Source: Marinobacter sp. (GTDB lineage Bacteria; Pseudomonadota; Gammaproteobacteria; Pseudomonadales; Oleiphilaceae). Taken from it: a stretch of DNA of 64,000 nucleotides. The stretch lies in the NCBI RefSeq assembly GCF_035268745.1, contig NZ_DATFKH010000120.1, positions 21,161-85,160 on the forward strand, read 5' to 3'. Of this stretch, positions 38,755-49,694 are shown piece by piece. The translations under genes were made by a program, and so were the position numbers. The first letter of the stretch is position 1. Every line of letters starts with the position of its first letter. The notes beneath the pieces were generated by a model. It saw nothing but the letters and a program-made list of their open reading frames with translations, made no database searches and had not been told where the DNA came from.

Positions 38755-39162
38755 ATGACGGCCACAACCAATGACGACAACCGGGTACGGCTGGACAAAT
38801 GGCTCTGGGCCGCCAGGTTCTACAAAACCCGGAACCTGGCCAAACAGGCTATTGAAGGTGGCAAGGTCCACTACAACAGCCAGCGGACCAAGCCGGGAAA
38901 ACTGGTAGAACCCGGTGCCAGAGTGACGCTTCGGCTTGGCTGGCAGGAGCGCATCATCGTTGTCGATGACATCAGTGACCGGCGCCGGAGTGCCCCCGAG
39001 GCACAGACGCTCTATCACGAAACCCAGGACAGCGTGGAACGCCGCGAAGACCTTGCCTGGCAACGAAAAACCATGCAGGCGGCCCAATTACCCCCTGCCC
39101 GTCGGCCATCGAAGAAGGATCGCCGGGACATCCAGCGTTTCCGTGAACAGAACGGACTCTGA
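38755..39162 (+). CDS. hslR: Ribosome-associated heat shock protein Hsp15
   Basis: RLDKWLWAARFYKTR..A, RPSKKDRR. Confidence 0.95.
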   Translation: MTATTNDDNRVRLDKWLWAARFYKTRNLAKQAIEGGKVHYNSQRTKPGKLVEPGARVTLRLGWQERIIVVDDISDRRRSAPEAQTLYHETQDSVERREDLAWQRKTMQAAQLPPARRPSKKDRRDIQRFREQNGL

Positions 39163-39192
39163 CTGTCCGCCTACTTTCCTACTCATTAGTAA
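39153..39192 (-). repeat. Single GTAG-type REP-like unit
   Basis: 39164-39192 is identical (29/29) to 14768-14796. Minus strand reads GTAGG-CGGAC-N7-GTCCG. Confidence 0.75.
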
Positions 39193-39204
39193 GGAGAAAA
39201 AACC

Positions 39205-40059
39205 ATGGCATCCGGGGACCAGTTCCAGCGATTTCTGTTCGAACACAGCCAGGTGCGGGGTGCCTGGGTCAGGCTTGACGAAAGCTATGCCCAGATTGGC
39301 GCCCAGGCCCCCTATCCGGAGTCCGTCCGACGGGTTCTGGGGGAATCCCTGGCCGCCAGCGTATTGATGAGCAGCACGCTGAAATTCGAGGGTACGCTGT
39401 CACTCCAGGCAAAGGGCGAAGGCCCGGTCAGCACCCTGATGGCGGAGTGCAGCCATGACCGCTTCATCCGTGGCATTGCCCGTTTTGACGAGCATGCCGT
39501 CAGTGATGAAAACTTCCAGGCAATGCTGGGCGAAGGCACCATGGCCATTACCATTTCACCGGAAAAGGGACAACGCTATCAGGGTGTGGTGCCGCGGGAA
39601 GAGCCCGATCTCGCGGGTTGTCTGAAGGACTACTTTGAACGCTCGGAGCAGATTCCCACCAGCTTTTTCCTGTTTGCCGATGAACACGGCAGCGCTGGCC
39701 TGATGCTGCAGAAGCTGCCGGGCACCAGTGGAGAGGACAGAGACCTCTGGGACCGCCTCAACCATCTGGCCAGCACTGTCCAGCCCGGGGAAATGCTCAC
39801 TCTCGACAGCCAGACCCTGCTTCACCGGCTGTTCCACGAGGAAACGGTTCGGCTTTATGACGCCGAGCCCGTCGCCTTCCGCTGCAGCTGCTCGCGGGAC
39901 CGGACCCTTGCTGCCCTGGAAGCGATTGGCAAGGATGAATGCTATGACATTCTGCAGGAACAGGGCTCGATCGAAATGGACTGTCAGTTCTGTCATGCTC
40001 ACTATCGCTTCGATAGAAACGACATTGATCACCTTTTCACCGGGCATACGTTACACTGA
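39205..40059 (+). CDS. hslO: Redox-regulated chaperone Hsp33
   Basis: GLMLQKLP, C-terminal CSCSR...CQFC Zn motif. Confidence 0.96.
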   Translation: MASGDQFQRFLFEHSQVRGAWVRLDESYAQIGAQAPYPESVRRVLGESLAASVLMSSTLKFEGTLSLQAKGEGPVSTLMAECSHDRFIRGIARFDEHAVSDENFQAMLGEGTMAITISPEKGQRYQGVVPREEPDLAGCLKDYFERSEQIPTSFFLFADEHGSAGLMLQKLPGTSGEDRDLWDRLNHLASTVQPGEMLTLDSQTLLHRLFHEETVRLYDAEPVAFRCSCSRDRTLAALEAIGKDECYDILQEQGSIEMDCQFCHAHYRFDRNDIDHLFTGHTLH

Positions 40060-40194
40060 GCCTTGTTAAAACTGGTCTGAAAAGCTCAAAACCCGGTCGC
40101 AGAGCGGCTTTCAGCGCATTCGTTTTTTACCGGCGACTCTGGCATAATGTCGCGCCTGAACGATCACGCGTACACCCCCGAGGGCGAGGTTGAA

Positions 40195-41727
40195 GTGAAA
40201 AATAGCTATCATGATCTGAGTGCAGCACCACTGGTTGAGCTGGCACTTGCAAGAGGTGAAGGAAAGCTGGCGGCGAACGGCTCACTGGTTGTTGAAACCG
40301 GCGCACGTACCGGTCGCTCGCCCATGGACCGCTTCATTGTCAAAGAGCCCAGTACCTCTGACGATATTCATTGGGGCCCGATCAACCGCCCGTTCGATGC
40401 GGAAAAATTCGATGCACTCTGGGAGCGGGTCGAGGCGTACATTGCCGAGCAGGACAGTTTTGTCTCCTGTGTGCATGTCGGCTCGGACCCCGAGCATTAC
40501 CTGCCGGTCAAAATGACCACCGAGACCGCCTGGCAGAACCTGTTTGGTCGCAATCTTTTTATTGTGCCTGACAGCTATAACCCGGCCGACAAGCAGGAAT
40601 GGCAGATTCTCAATGCCGCCAACTTCGAGTGCAAACCGGAGCGGGATGGCACCAACAGTGAGGGCTGCGTGATTATCAACTTCGCCAAACGCAAGGTGCT
40701 GCTGGCAGGCATGCGCTACGCCGGCGAAATGAAAAAGGCCATGTTCTCGGTGCAGAATTTCCTGCTGCCGGAGAAAGACGTGCTGCCGATGCACTGCTCC
40801 GCCAATGTCGGCGAAGACGGCGAAACCTGCCTGTTCTTTGGCCTGTCCGGCACCGGCAAAACCACGCTCTCGGCCGACCCTGCCCGCTTCCTGATCGGTG
40901 ACGACGAGCACGGCTGGGGCCCTGGCACAGTGTTCAATATCGAAGGCGGTTGCTACGCCAAGTGCATCGATCTGAGCCAGAAAAACGAGCCCATTATCTG
41001 GGATGCCATCCGTTTTGGCGCCATCGTCGAAAACGTAATGGTGGATCCCAAAACCCGCGAACCGGATTACACCAACGTCAGCCTCACTGAAAATTCCCGC
41101 GTCGCCTACCCGCTGGAGCACGTAGAAAAGCGTGTTCCGGAAAACCGCGCCGGAGAGCCATCTCACATTGTCTTCCTGACCTGTGACATGACCGGTGTAC
41201 TGCCTCCGGTATCCATTCTGAGCAAGGAAGCCGCAGCCTATCATTTCCTCAGCGGCTACACGGCACTGGTAGGCTCAACCGAAATGGGATCATCGTCCAA
41301 GCTGAAGGCTACTTTCTCGACGTGTTTTGGCGCGCCTTTCTTTCCCCGCCCGGCGGGCGTTTACGCCGAGCTGCTGATGAAGCGCATGGACGAGTTCGGC
41401 AGCAAGGTATTCCTGGTCAACACTGGCTGGACCGGTGGTCCCCACGGCACTGGCGAACGCTTCAGCATTCCCACCACCCGTGCGGTCATTGCCGCTATCC
41501 AGGATGGCGATCTTGACGACGCCGAAACCGAGCACCTGCCGACACTGAACCTGGATGTCCCCAAATCCGTGGAGGGGGTCGACAGCAAGCTGCTGAATCC
41601 GCGCAATACCTGGGCCAGCGAAGCCGACTACGATGCCAAAGCGGCGGAGTTGATCGGCCAGTTCGTCGAAAATTTCCGCAAATTTGATGTCTCCGATGCC
41701 ATTGTGAAGGCGGGCCCGAAAGGCTGA
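40195..41727 (+). CDS. pckA: Phosphoenolpyruvate carboxykinase (ATP)
   Basis: [37 protein letters not shown] 40195 preferred because ATG 40147 overlaps a TGGCATAAT extended -10. Confidence 0.96.
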   Translation: MKNSYHDLSAAPLVELALARGEGKLAANGSLVVETGARTGRSPMDRFIVKEPSTSDDIHWGPINRPFDAEKFDALWERVEAYIAEQDSFVSCVHVGSDPEHYLPVKMTTETAWQNLFGRNLFIVPDSYNPADKQEWQILNAANFECKPERDGTNSEGCVIINFAKRKVLLAGMRYAGEMKKAMFSVQNFLLPEKDVLPMHCSANVGEDGETCLFFGLSGTGKTTLSADPARFLIGDDEHGWGPGTVFNIEGGCYAKCIDLSQKNEPIIWDAIRFGAIVENVMVDPKTREPDYTNVSLTENSRVAYPLEHVEKRVPENRAGEPSHIVFLTCDMTGVLPPVSILSKEAAAYHFLSGYTALVGSTEMGSSSKLKATFSTCFGAPFFPRPAGVYAELLMKRMDEFGSKVFLVNTGWTGGPHGTGERFSIPTTRAVIAAIQDGDLDDAETEHLPTLNLDVPKSVEGVDSKLLNPRNTWASEADYDAKAAELIGQFVENFRKFDVSDAIVKAGPKG

Positions 41728-41752
41728 TCTGTAAGCATCAGCCAAAGCCTGG

Positions 41753-41788
41753 AAAAGCGCCCTGTCTTCATCGGCACGGCGCTTTTTT
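41753..41788. terminator. Probably bidirectional terminator after pckA
   Basis: AAAAGCGCC...GGCGCTTTTTT between convergent genes. Confidence 0.75.
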
Positions 41789-41801
41789 CCGGCCTGCAGC
41801 A

Positions 41802-42773
41802 TCAGTCGGCCACAGGACACTGGATAAGGGGGCAGGAAAATCCCTCTGACGGAGTCTCCTGAGAGCTCCCGGAAACCGGCAGATCATCGGGATAGCTTCT
41901 CAGACCAACCTGATTGGCACAGGCGAGCGCAACCCCGGCCTGAGGTCCACAACCGGCCCGGGCCAGCGCATGAGCCAGATTATTCCAGCCGGACGCCAGC
42001 CCGGGGAATTTTCTCACGGTATCCGCATAATACCCGACAGCCTCAACCCATTCCTGCTTGGCAAAAGCAATATTACCCATGCCGAGGCGGGCAGCAGGCT
42101 CCTCCGGCCATTGCTCTGCGGCGGCCTGGTAGGCAGCAAAGGCCGCTGCGCTCTGGCTGGTCAGTTCCAGATCATGAGCGGCTTCCAGATAGGGCAGGGG
42201 CTGTGCGGTAGCGGGGAAGTCACCCGGAGGCAGAATAACGGCAGACCATTGCCCCGCTCGATCCCAGGTGCGGTAGAACACATTCACGGACTGGCGGTTG
42301 GCCCGACGGGTGTCGGTGTGCAGTACCAGCTCTTCTGCTGCCGGGTCGTAGCCGATCACGACCGCAAAATGCCACTGGGGAAACCAGTCAAATCCGAGAT
42401 TCTGCATTACCAGAACCGGATGACCAGCGTCGATTTCGGCCAGAATAGCAGCAAGATCGGCTGCCAGCGGATACACCAGCAGACCGTATTGGCGGGCAGC
42501 AGCGACCAGTTCAACCTTGAGGCTGCCTTGCCGTTCCGGCAGATAAACCCGGGGCACCAGCTGTTCCGGTGTTACCGCAACGTCCTGGCTGGTGAGCATT
42601 GAGGCAAGGGCGGCCGGGCCGCACTGATAACGCTGTTGGGGAAAGAAAGGAACAGCCAGCCGAACCGGTGCCTCGCCGCCCTCATTATCGGCACCACCGG
42701 TCCTGTCCGGCCAGGGCGGAATGCTGGCGCAGCCGGCCATCAGCAGAACCAGGGCGCCGGTCAGCGCCCTCAT
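41802..42773 (-). CDS. PA2778-family C39-like cysteine peptidase lipoprotein with TPR
   Basis: Lipobox LMAG-C, QCGPAAL, WHFAVVIGYD, TPR tail (WNNLAHAL). Confidence 0.85.
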   Translation of the reverse strand: MRALTGALVLLMAGCASIPPWPDRTGGADNEGGEAPVRLAVPFFPQQRYQCGPAALASMLTSQDVAVTPEQLVPRVYLPERQGSLKVELVAAARQYGLLVYPLAADLAAILAEIDAGHPVLVMQNLGFDWFPQWHFAVVIGYDPAAEELVLHTDTRRANRQSVNVFYRTWDRAGQWSAVILPPGDFPATAQPLPYLEAAHDLELTSQSAAAFAAYQAAAEQWPEEPAARLGMGNIAFAKQEWVEAVGYYADTVRKFPGLASGWNNLAHALARAGCGPQAGVALACANQVGLRSYPDDLPVSGSSQETPSEGFSCPLIQCPVAD

Positions 42774-42792
42774 TGACACGGTCAAAGCCTGG

Positions 42793-43200
42793 CTAGCGAA
42801 TACAGTTGACGAAGCTGAAGATATTGGTGGCGCAGAGCATGTCCGTGATAATAAATACCAGCAGGAAAAGCACGATGACACCCACCACGTCCTGACCAAC
42901 CGGCGCCTCCGCCAGCTGATTATTGAAATCCGCCAGCTCCGACGGCGTCAGGCTCTGGATGCGGTTTTCCAGCTCTGACTGATCCACACCCATGGTGCTG
43001 AGCGCTTCCTTCACATCCTGACGTTCCAGCATGGACATCAGTGACTGGCGATCCACTTCGGCCCTTTGTTCGCTCAGCACCTCACCCGTGCCAACGACAC
43101 CCGCAACCGTCGTGCTCGACCAGGTCGTGGCAAGAGCCATGGCGAGGATCATGAACAGGGAAATCTGACGCAGGTAAACTCTGATCGACTGCATTGACAC
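42793..43200 (-). CDS. PA2779-family exported protein
   Basis: Signal peptide, helical middle, C-terminal TM IVLFLLVFIITDMLC..IF.F..C. Confidence 0.85.
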   Translation of the reverse strand: MSMQSIRVYLRQISLFMILAMALATTWSSTTVAGVVGTGEVLSEQRAEVDRQSLMSMLERQDVKEALSTMGVDQSELENRIQSLTPSELADFNNQLAEAPVGQDVVGVIVLFLLVFIITDMLCATNIFSFVNCIR

Positions 43201-43458
43201 TACCTCCTGGATCGGACTGTTTGACGGAATGATTCTTCACCCTCCCGTCAGATTATCAGAGAAGCCGCTCGGAATCTGTTACTTGCAGGAGAGGCAAGCC
43301 TGCCAACTGCCAACCTTTTGCTGATCTGCAAACATTATCGCTCACCTCGCTGAATTCACTTGGGGTCGGGGTTTGCGCATTTGACCGCGACCCGCTATAG
43401 CTTTCCGGTGCCGGCGCCTCTAACGCGCCCTCACCCTTAGCCACCCGGAGAGATAGCT

Positions 43459-43731
43459 ATGCGCAAACCCGAACTGGCCGCTGCTGTGGCCGACCAGACC
43501 GGATTGACCCGCGACAAGGCCAGCGAAGTAATCACCATATTCACTGATGAGATCTCGGCGGCTGCGGCCCGTGGCGAAGACGTCACACTGACTGGTTTCG
43601 GCACCTTCAGCATTCGTCAGCGGGAGCCCAGAGAGGGCCGTAATCCGCAGACTGGTGCAAGCATTCGCATTCCTGCAAGCAAGACGGTCGGTTTCAAGCC
43701 AGGCAAGGCGCTGAAAGCTGCTGTCCGTTGA
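43459..43731 (+). CDS. Histone-like DNA-binding protein HU
   Basis: MRKPELAAAVA, GFGTF, GRNPQTG, FKPGKALK. Subunit not assignable. Confidence 0.95.
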   Translation: MRKPELAAAVADQTGLTRDKASEVITIFTDEISAAAARGEDVTLTGFGTFSIRQREPREGRNPQTGASIRIPASKTVGFKPGKALKAAVR

Positions 43732-43745
43732 GGCTGACGGGGATT

Positions 43746-45041
43746 TCACCCCGGTTCAGAGGACCAGGCCGTCTCTCCGCCGCAAAGGGTAAGGCGAACC
43801 CTTCCGGGCAATGACTCTGCGGGAAAGGGGTGATGGAGGCCGGCCGAGCAAAGATTGCTGGCCGATGGGGTCCAGGCCATGCCGGTGTCGAATGCGCAAA
43901 GATCGGCAGCGGCCCCCGGCGTGATCGCTGCGCTGCGCCCGATCACCGAGGCAGGCCCCTCGGTCAGCGCTTTCAGCAATTGCTGCCGGGTCAGTTCACC
44001 ACGTTGCACCAACAACAACCCCATGGACAGCGTGGTTTCAATCGTGGACAGGCCGGGCTCGGTGGCTGCCACGGGCGCCTGTTTGGCAGCAGAATCATGG
44101 GGCTGGTGCTGACTGGTTATGGCGTCAATCACCCCGTCGCGCACACCGGCAACCAGCGCCTGGCGATCGGTCTCACCTCTGAGGGGCGGCCGAACGTAGT
44201 AACGGCTGTCAAAACCCGAGAGCGCCTTATCGGTGAACACAAGCTGATGCATGGCCACGTCAGCGGTTACGGCAATGCCGCGACGGCGGGCTTCCATCAG
44301 CATTTCAACGCTACGGGCACAGGACAACTGACTGAGATGCAGGCGCACCCCCGTTTCCTCAGCCAGCAACAGCATTTCCATCACTGCTGTCGTTTCCGCG
44401 ACTTCAGGAATACCTATAAGCCCGAGCCGGGACGCCACCGGTCCGTCATGGGCATAGCCGTCCGCAGCCAGCGCCCGGTTCTCGGGGCTGAACATCACGG
44501 TTAACCCGAACGTTTGCGCGTAGGCCATACAGCGTCTCAGCACCCGGGCATTGCTCACCGTGCGACTACCGTTGCCCATCGCCACACAGCCCGCCGCCGA
44601 CAGGCCTGCCATATCACTGAGAAGCTCACCCTCCAGCCCCCGGGTGATCGCACCTACCGGCAGTATGCGGACCGCTGACCGCTTGCCGGCTACATCAAGG
44701 ATCAGATTGGTCACGGCCCCGGAATCATTTACCGGCGAGGTTTCAGGCGAGGCGCACAGTGTGGTGAACCCACCGTGGGCCGCAGCCCGGCTTTCGCTGG
44801 CAATATTGCCCTTCTGGCCATTACCCGGCTCTCTCAGATTGCAACAGAGGTCGACGAAACCCGGGCTGATAAGGCAGCCGCTGACATCGATGAACCGATC
44901 AGCGCTGGATCCGGAATCCGGGTCGGTTACCGACTCAATCCGTCCGTCACGGATAACCAGTGTCGCCGGTTCATCAGTCGTCGCAAGACGACCGCCAACC
45001 AGCGCCAGGCTGGAGGATGGGTCCCCGGTGGTAGTCCTCAC
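43746..45041 (-). CDS. pyrC: Dihydroorotase-like protein PyrC' (probably inactive ATCase scaffold)
   Basis: Amidohydrolase fold, but [10 protein letters not shown] replaces the metal-binding HxH. Directly downstream of pyrB. Confidence 0.85.
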   Translation of the reverse strand: MRTTTGDPSSSLALVGGRLATTDEPATLVIRDGRIESVTDPDSGSSADRFIDVSGCLISPGFVDLCCNLREPGNGQKGNIASESRAAAHGGFTTLCASPETSPVNDSGAVTNLILDVAGKRSAVRILPVGAITRGLEGELLSDMAGLSAAGCVAMGNGSRTVSNARVLRRCMAYAQTFGLTVMFSPENRALAADGYAHDGPVASRLGLIGIPEVAETTAVMEMLLLAEETGVRLHLSQLSCARSVEMLMEARRRGIAVTADVAMHQLVFTDKALSGFDSRYYVRPPLRGETDRQALVAGVRDGVIDAITSQHQPHDSAAKQAPVAATEPGLSTIETTLSMGLLLVQRGELTRQQLLKALTEGPASVIGRSAAITPGAAADLCAFDTGMAWTPSASNLCSAGLHHPFPAESLPGRVRLTLCGGETAWSSEPG

Positions 45042-46051
45042 GGCACTCTCCTCTGGGCCGCCTGGCGGTTGCGGTCGGCCATCTGGCCACCCATGGCCAT
45101 GGACATCACCGCCATTCGAATCGCTATGCCGTTGGTGACCTGGTCGAGGATCACCGACTGCGGGCCGTCGGCCACCGCAGATTCAATTTCCACGCCACGG
45201 TTTATCGGGCCCGGGTGCATAACGATGCATTCCGGATGAGCCAGTGCCAGCTTTTCCCGGCCCAGACCATAAAGCCGATAGAACTCGCGCTCGCTGGGCA
45301 ACAGCGCCCCTTCCATGCGCTCCTTCTGCAACCGCAGCATGATCACCACATCAACACCCCTAATGCCTCTCGCCATATCGTACTCGACAGTGCAGCCAAG
45401 ACTTTCAACATCCGTGGGCAACAGGGTGGCTGGCGCAATCACCCGGACCTCGGCAGCGCCCAGCACCCGCAACGCCCCGATCTGGGAGCGCGCCACCCGG
45501 GAATGCAGAACGTCGCCGACGATCGCCACTTTAAGGCCCTCAAAGCTGCCTTTATGCTGACGTATCGTCTGCATATCCAGCATCGCCTGGGTCGGATGCG
45601 CGTGCCGGCCATCACCGGCATTGATAATGGCTACGCCGGGGGTCACGCTCTCGGCAATGAAGTGTGGTGCGCCGCTCTGGGAATGGCGAACCACGAACAT
45701 GTCACTGGCCATGGCCTCGAGATTCAGCAGTGTGTCTGACAGCGACTCGCCTTTTGACGTTGCCGAGGTATTGATATCGAGGTTGAGCACGTCGGCTGAC
45801 AGCCGTTTGGCGGCAAGCTCAAAGGTGCTGCGGGTACGGGTACTGGATTCAAAGAACAGGTTGACGACCGTGCGTCCACGCAGCAGCGGGACTTTCTTGA
45901 TGCTGCGCTCGCCCACTTCGATAAAAGAGTCTGCGGTATCAAGGATGTCAGTGAGCAGCGCCCGGTCAAGGCCATCCAGCGTCAGAAAATGGCGTAACTG
46001 ACCGTCCTCGGTCAGTTGCAGTGATGTGATCGGAGGATCCTGTGCCGTCAT
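45038..46051 (-). CDS. pyrB: Aspartate carbamoyltransferase catalytic subunit
   Basis: [28 protein letters not shown]. Confidence 0.97.
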   Translation of the reverse strand: MTAQDPPITSLQLTEDGQLRHFLTLDGLDRALLTDILDTADSFIEVGERSIKKVPLLRGRTVVNLFFESSTRTRSTFELAAKRLSADVLNLDINTSATSKGESLSDTLLNLEAMASDMFVVRHSQSGAPHFIAESVTPGVAIINAGDGRHAHPTQAMLDMQTIRQHKGSFEGLKVAIVGDVLHSRVARSQIGALRVLGAAEVRVIAPATLLPTDVESLGCTVEYDMARGIRGVDVVIMLRLQKERMEGALLPSEREFYRLYGLGREKLALAHPECIVMHPGPINRGVEIESAVADGPQSVILDQVTNGIAIRMAVMSMAMGGQMADRNRQAAQRRVP

Positions 46052-46081
46052 TGAGTGCCCGCTGGTGTCATTGTTTCTGGT

Positions 46082-46591
46082 TTATTCACCGGTTTCCCTG
46101 AGTTCGAGATATAACGGCTCCGGGCCACGCAGCTTGACCCGCTGGTTCGGCGCCAGGGCCAGTACCTGACCGGTGACGTCGGGCTGGACCGGCAGTTCGC
46201 GCGCGCCAAGGTCAACCAGAGTCGCCAGAATGATACTGGATGGACGACCGTAATCGAAAATTTCATTCATCGCCGCCCGAATCGTGCGTCCGCTCATCAG
46301 CACATCGTCGATCAGAACGATATCGCGACCCTCGGTATCGAATGGCAGGCTGGATGGCATGACTTTCGGGTTCAGGCCGACGCGACTGAAATCATCCCGG
46401 TAGAACGAGATATCCAGCTCGCCGAGCAGTGCCGGCAAGCCCAGGCGCTCATTTAGCTGTTCCGCCAGCCAGACACCGCCGGTACGGATACCGATCATGA
46501 CCGGCGCGACGACTCCCCGATGCTCCAGCACTTCGCGAAGGCCGGCTTCCATCCGTTCCAGAAGCTGATCTACATCAGGCAATTGGGTCAT
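46082..46591 (-). CDS. pyrR: PyrR regulator / uracil phosphoribosyltransferase
   Basis: LDISFYRDD, LIDDVLMSGRTIRAA, RELP. Confidence 0.93.
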   Translation of the reverse strand: MTQLPDVDQLLERMEAGLREVLEHRGVVAPVMIGIRTGGVWLAEQLNERLGLPALLGELDISFYRDDFSRVGLNPKVMPSSLPFDTEGRDIVLIDDVLMSGRTIRAAMNEIFDYGRPSSIILATLVDLGARELPVQPDVTGQVLALAPNQRVKLRGPEPLYLELRETGE

Positions 46592-47061
46592 TGAATTGCT
46601 CCCGGTCGGGTGTCCTGCGATTGCTGGTTGAACCAGGTTTCAAGAATCAGTACGGCGGCCCGGTCGTCGACTCCGTGTTTACCGTAGTTCCGACTGCCGC
46701 CTGCTGCCATCACGTCGCCCTTCGCTGCAAAGCTGGTCAGGCGCTCGTCCACCATCTCCACCGCTACATGAAAGCGGCCGTGAAGGCGCTTGCCAAACTT
46801 GCGGGCCCGCGCGCACATATCATTTTCAGTGCCATCCATATTAAGCGGTAGCCCCACCACTACCAGATCCGGCTGCCACTCCTGCAACAGCGTTCCGATC
46901 TGCTGCCAGTCCGGCAAACCGTCGCTGGCCGGCAGCATGGCTAAGGCCTGGCCGGTACCGAGCATTTCCTGGCCACTGGCCACCCCGATCCGGCGGGTTC
47001 CGAAATCAAACGCCAGCACCCGCCTTTGCCCTTGCGGCACCGGTTGCCCGCCCTCAGGCAT
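46588..47061 (-). CDS. yqgF: YqgF/RuvX-like pre-16S rRNA nuclease
   Basis: LAFDFGTRRIGVA, VVGLPLNMDG, DERLTS. Start ATG 47061. Confidence 0.92.
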   Translation of the reverse strand: MPEGGQPVPQGQRRVLAFDFGTRRIGVASGQEMLGTGQALAMLPASDGLPDWQQIGTLLQEWQPDLVVVGLPLNMDGTENDMCARARKFGKRLHGRFHVAVEMVDERLTSFAAKGDVMAAGGSRNYGKHGVDDRAAVLILETWFNQQSQDTRPGAIQ

Positions 47062-47620
47062 GACCCACCGAATCACTGAGCTGATTGATATCGATCCCGA
47101 TGGTCCTGAGCACCGCCTGATATCTGTCGGCCGGCGATGTATTGAAGAGAATATCAGCAGAGGCCTGGCAGTTAAGCCAGGCACTGCTGGATAATTCTTC
47201 TTCCAGCTGGCCTTCACTCCAGCCAGCATAACCCAGGCATACCAGGTAATGCTCCGGGCCCAGGCCATAACCGATATCCGCCAGCACATCGCGGGAAGTG
47301 GTCAACCAGATACCCGGAGTGACTTCGGCGGTGTTCTGCCAGCTCCTGTCGGGTGTGTGCAGAACAAAACCGCGCTCCTGCTGGACTGGTCCGCCGCCGT
47401 ATACCGGTACATTAAGTTCGCCGCCCTCCATATCCAGCTGTTCCAGTATTTCACCCAGATGGATATCCAGCGGCTGATTGACCATCAGACCCAAAGCCCC
47501 TTCTCCGGAGTGCTCACAGATATAGATCACCGCCCGGTGAAACCGGGGATCCTGAAGATAGGGCGACGCCACCAGAAAGTGATTGCGCAGACTGTTGGGC
47601 GATTCCTTTGAAGCCGTCAT
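47054..47620 (-). CDS. algH: YqgE/AlgH family protein
   Basis: GGPVQQERGFVLH, LGYAGWSEGQLEEE. Confidence 0.92.
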   Translation of the reverse strand: MTASKESPNSLRNHFLVASPYLQDPRFHRAVIYICEHSGEGALGLMVNQPLDIHLGEILEQLDMEGGELNVPVYGGGPVQQERGFVLHTPDRSWQNTAEVTPGIWLTTSRDVLADIGYGLGPEHYLVCLGYAGWSEGQLEEELSSSAWLNCQASADILFNTSPADRYQAVLRTIGIDINQLSDSVGHA

Positions 47621-48483
47621 CCCGAACTCAACCCCTGTTGACCGAATACCCAGGTACGGATAATTTCAAGTTCATCGACATTCTCCCTCAGTGAATCCGG
47701 GAACGGCGCAAACGGCGCGGCCATTCTGACAATCCGGATGGCGGCATCGTCCAGCACGGTACTGCCGGAAGATTCCAGAATCGCCAGTTCCTTCACTGTG
47801 CCGTCTTTTCGCAGCGAAACCAGAATCCGCGCATTCCCGTAAAGATTCGATTGCCGGGCTTCCGATGGATAATTGATATTACCCACCCGCACCACTTTAT
47901 CGACCCAGTTGCGCACATAGGCGGCGTTGGTTGATCTCAGTGTAGACGCTGCAGTCACGCGCATCACCCGCGGCTTCCGGGCATAAGCCTGGCGCTGCTG
48001 GTCAAATCTCGCTTCCAGGCTGGCAATTTCCAGGCTGCGCTCCATCAGAGTCTGTTTTTCCCGCACCGGGAGCGGTTCTTCAATCTCCGCTTCGGCCGTC
48101 TCGGGCTCTGCAGCACTGCGTCGGGCACTGGCTTGCGTGGCCACTACCGACGACTCCTGACGGGCAACAGGCTCGGTCCGGGCAGGCGGCTGCGGCTGGA
48201 CTGGCTCAATCTCATTGCGGCTGACATCCGATGCCTGCGGCGACGTCATCTCCATCGGCTCTGCTTCCGTGCCACTGCCCTTCTGACTGGTCTGCGCCAG
48301 AAAATCAGCTTGTTCCGGATCGGTCTCATCATCAGCCTGGGACAGGGTAATTTCCATGGTCTGCGCTGAAGATCGGGGCGGCTCAGGGGCGAAAGTAATG
48401 CCCAGCACGATGATCGCGTGAAGTGCCAGCGCGATAAAAAGCGTGAATGAAAACCGATCGAAGTCGCTGACCTGAACTGCCAT
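47617..48483 (-). CDS. tonB: TonB-family energy transducer (TonB3-like position)
   Basis: N-terminal TM with ALALHA, Pro-rich linker, TonB C-domain (ESSG...LD.AA..IV..AAPF). Confidence 0.85.
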   Translation of the reverse strand: MAVQVSDFDRFSFTLFIALALHAIIVLGITFAPEPPRSSAQTMEITLSQADDETDPEQADFLAQTSQKGSGTEAEPMEMTSPQASDVSRNEIEPVQPQPPARTEPVARQESSVVATQASARRSAAEPETAEAEIEEPLPVREKQTLMERSLEIASLEARFDQQRQAYARKPRVMRVTAASTLRSTNAAYVRNWVDKVVRVGNINYPSEARQSNLYGNARILVSLRKDGTVKELAILESSGSTVLDDAAIRIVRMAAPFAPFPDSLRENVDELEIIRTWVFGQQGLSSG

Positions 48484-49448
48484 TACTGCCTGTTACCCCT
48501 TTTTCCAAGATGCCGTTCAATGGCATCCATCAGCAGATCCGAGATATTGATTCCAAACGCCAGATCCAGTTCCCGGATGCAGGTGGGACTGGTGACGTTA
48601 ATTTCCGTCAGGAAATCACCGATCACATCGAGACCCACCAGGATAAGTCCCTTCTGCTTTATCACCGGCGCTACCCGTTCGCAGATCTCGCGATCTCTTG
48701 CCGTCAGCTCGCGGCCTTCACCGCGTCCACCGACCGCCAGGTTACCGCGATTCTCGCCATCAGAGGGAATACGGGCAAGGGCGTAAGGCACTGGCTCACC
48801 GTCAATCAGCAGGATTCGTTTGTCACCCTGCCGAATTTCCGGCACATACCTCTGGGCCATGGCCTGATGCGCGCCGTTATTGGTCAGCGTCTCTATGATC
48901 ACGCCCAGATTGGCATCGTTTTCCTTGATTCGGAAGATCGAACTGCCACCCATGCCATCAACCGGCTTCATGATCACGTCTTTGTGCTCGGCATAGAACT
49001 CGCGCAGGCGCTGGGACGAACGCGTCACTATCAGCGGCGGCGTGAGGTCGTCAAACTGGGTGGCAAAGAGCTTTTCGTTGCAGTCCCTCAGGGTCGCGGC
49101 CGGATTCACAACCAGAGCACCCTGCTGCTCGGCAGCCTCCAGAATGTATGTGGCCATCAGGAATTCGCGGTCTACCGGCGGATCCTGGCGCATCAGAATG
49201 ACGTCCAGATCACCCAGAGCGCAATCCCGCGATTCCCCGTATTCAAACCACCTTAACGGATCCATATGTACCGTCAGATCCCGGGTCCGCGCCCGCGCCT
49301 GTGCGCCTTTGAGGTAAAGATCGGAAATCTCCATGTACTCGATGGACCAGCCCCGTTCCTGGGCGGCCACAAGCATGGCCAGAGAGCTGTCCTTTTTGAA
49401 GTGGATTTTCTCGATGGGGTCCATCACGATGCCAAGCCGGACTTTCAT
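48483..49448 (-). CDS. gshB: Glutathione synthetase
   Basis: GIVMDPI...KKDSS, MRQDPP, NEKL, GNLAVGG, EINVTSPT. Start ATG 49448. Confidence 0.96.
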   Translation of the reverse strand: MKVRLGIVMDPIEKIHFKKDSSLAMLVAAQERGWSIEYMEISDLYLKGAQARARTRDLTVHMDPLRWFEYGESRDCALGDLDVILMRQDPPVDREFLMATYILEAAEQQGALVVNPAATLRDCNEKLFATQFDDLTPPLIVTRSSQRLREFYAEHKDVIMKPVDGMGGSSIFRIKENDANLGVIIETLTNNGAHQAMAQRYVPEIRQGDKRILLIDGEPVPYALARIPSDGENRGNLAVGGRGEGRELTARDREICERVAPVIKQKGLILVGLDVIGDFLTEINVTSPTCIRELDLAFGINISDLLMDAIERHLGKRGNRQ

Positions 49449-49694
49449 AGTGCCTCGTCTGATATAAAGGTAAAAAAAACCGGAACCGCTATGCAGAGCT
49501 CCCCTCACAATAAGTGCTATGCTGTGGTCACCGCTGGTATTGTACCCGCGCAAGTACATTTGGTCACAAAGTTCTACTATTTATACTGGCACTAATACTC
49601 TATAAATAAGCGTGGCTTATAGGACAACGTTCACGATTGTGTTAAAAAGCCCGGTCTGAAAATAACGATACGCAGAGCGCAAGGCTGTTGGACA

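Noticed and set aside
43280-43316. Possible sigma-54 promoter (GG-N10-GC) upstream of PA2779
   Set aside because: The -12 region reads AGGC rather than TTGC. Weak.
49555-49575. CRP/Vfr-like TCACA half-site upstream of pilG
   Set aside because: The other half matches only 2/5 of TGTGA.
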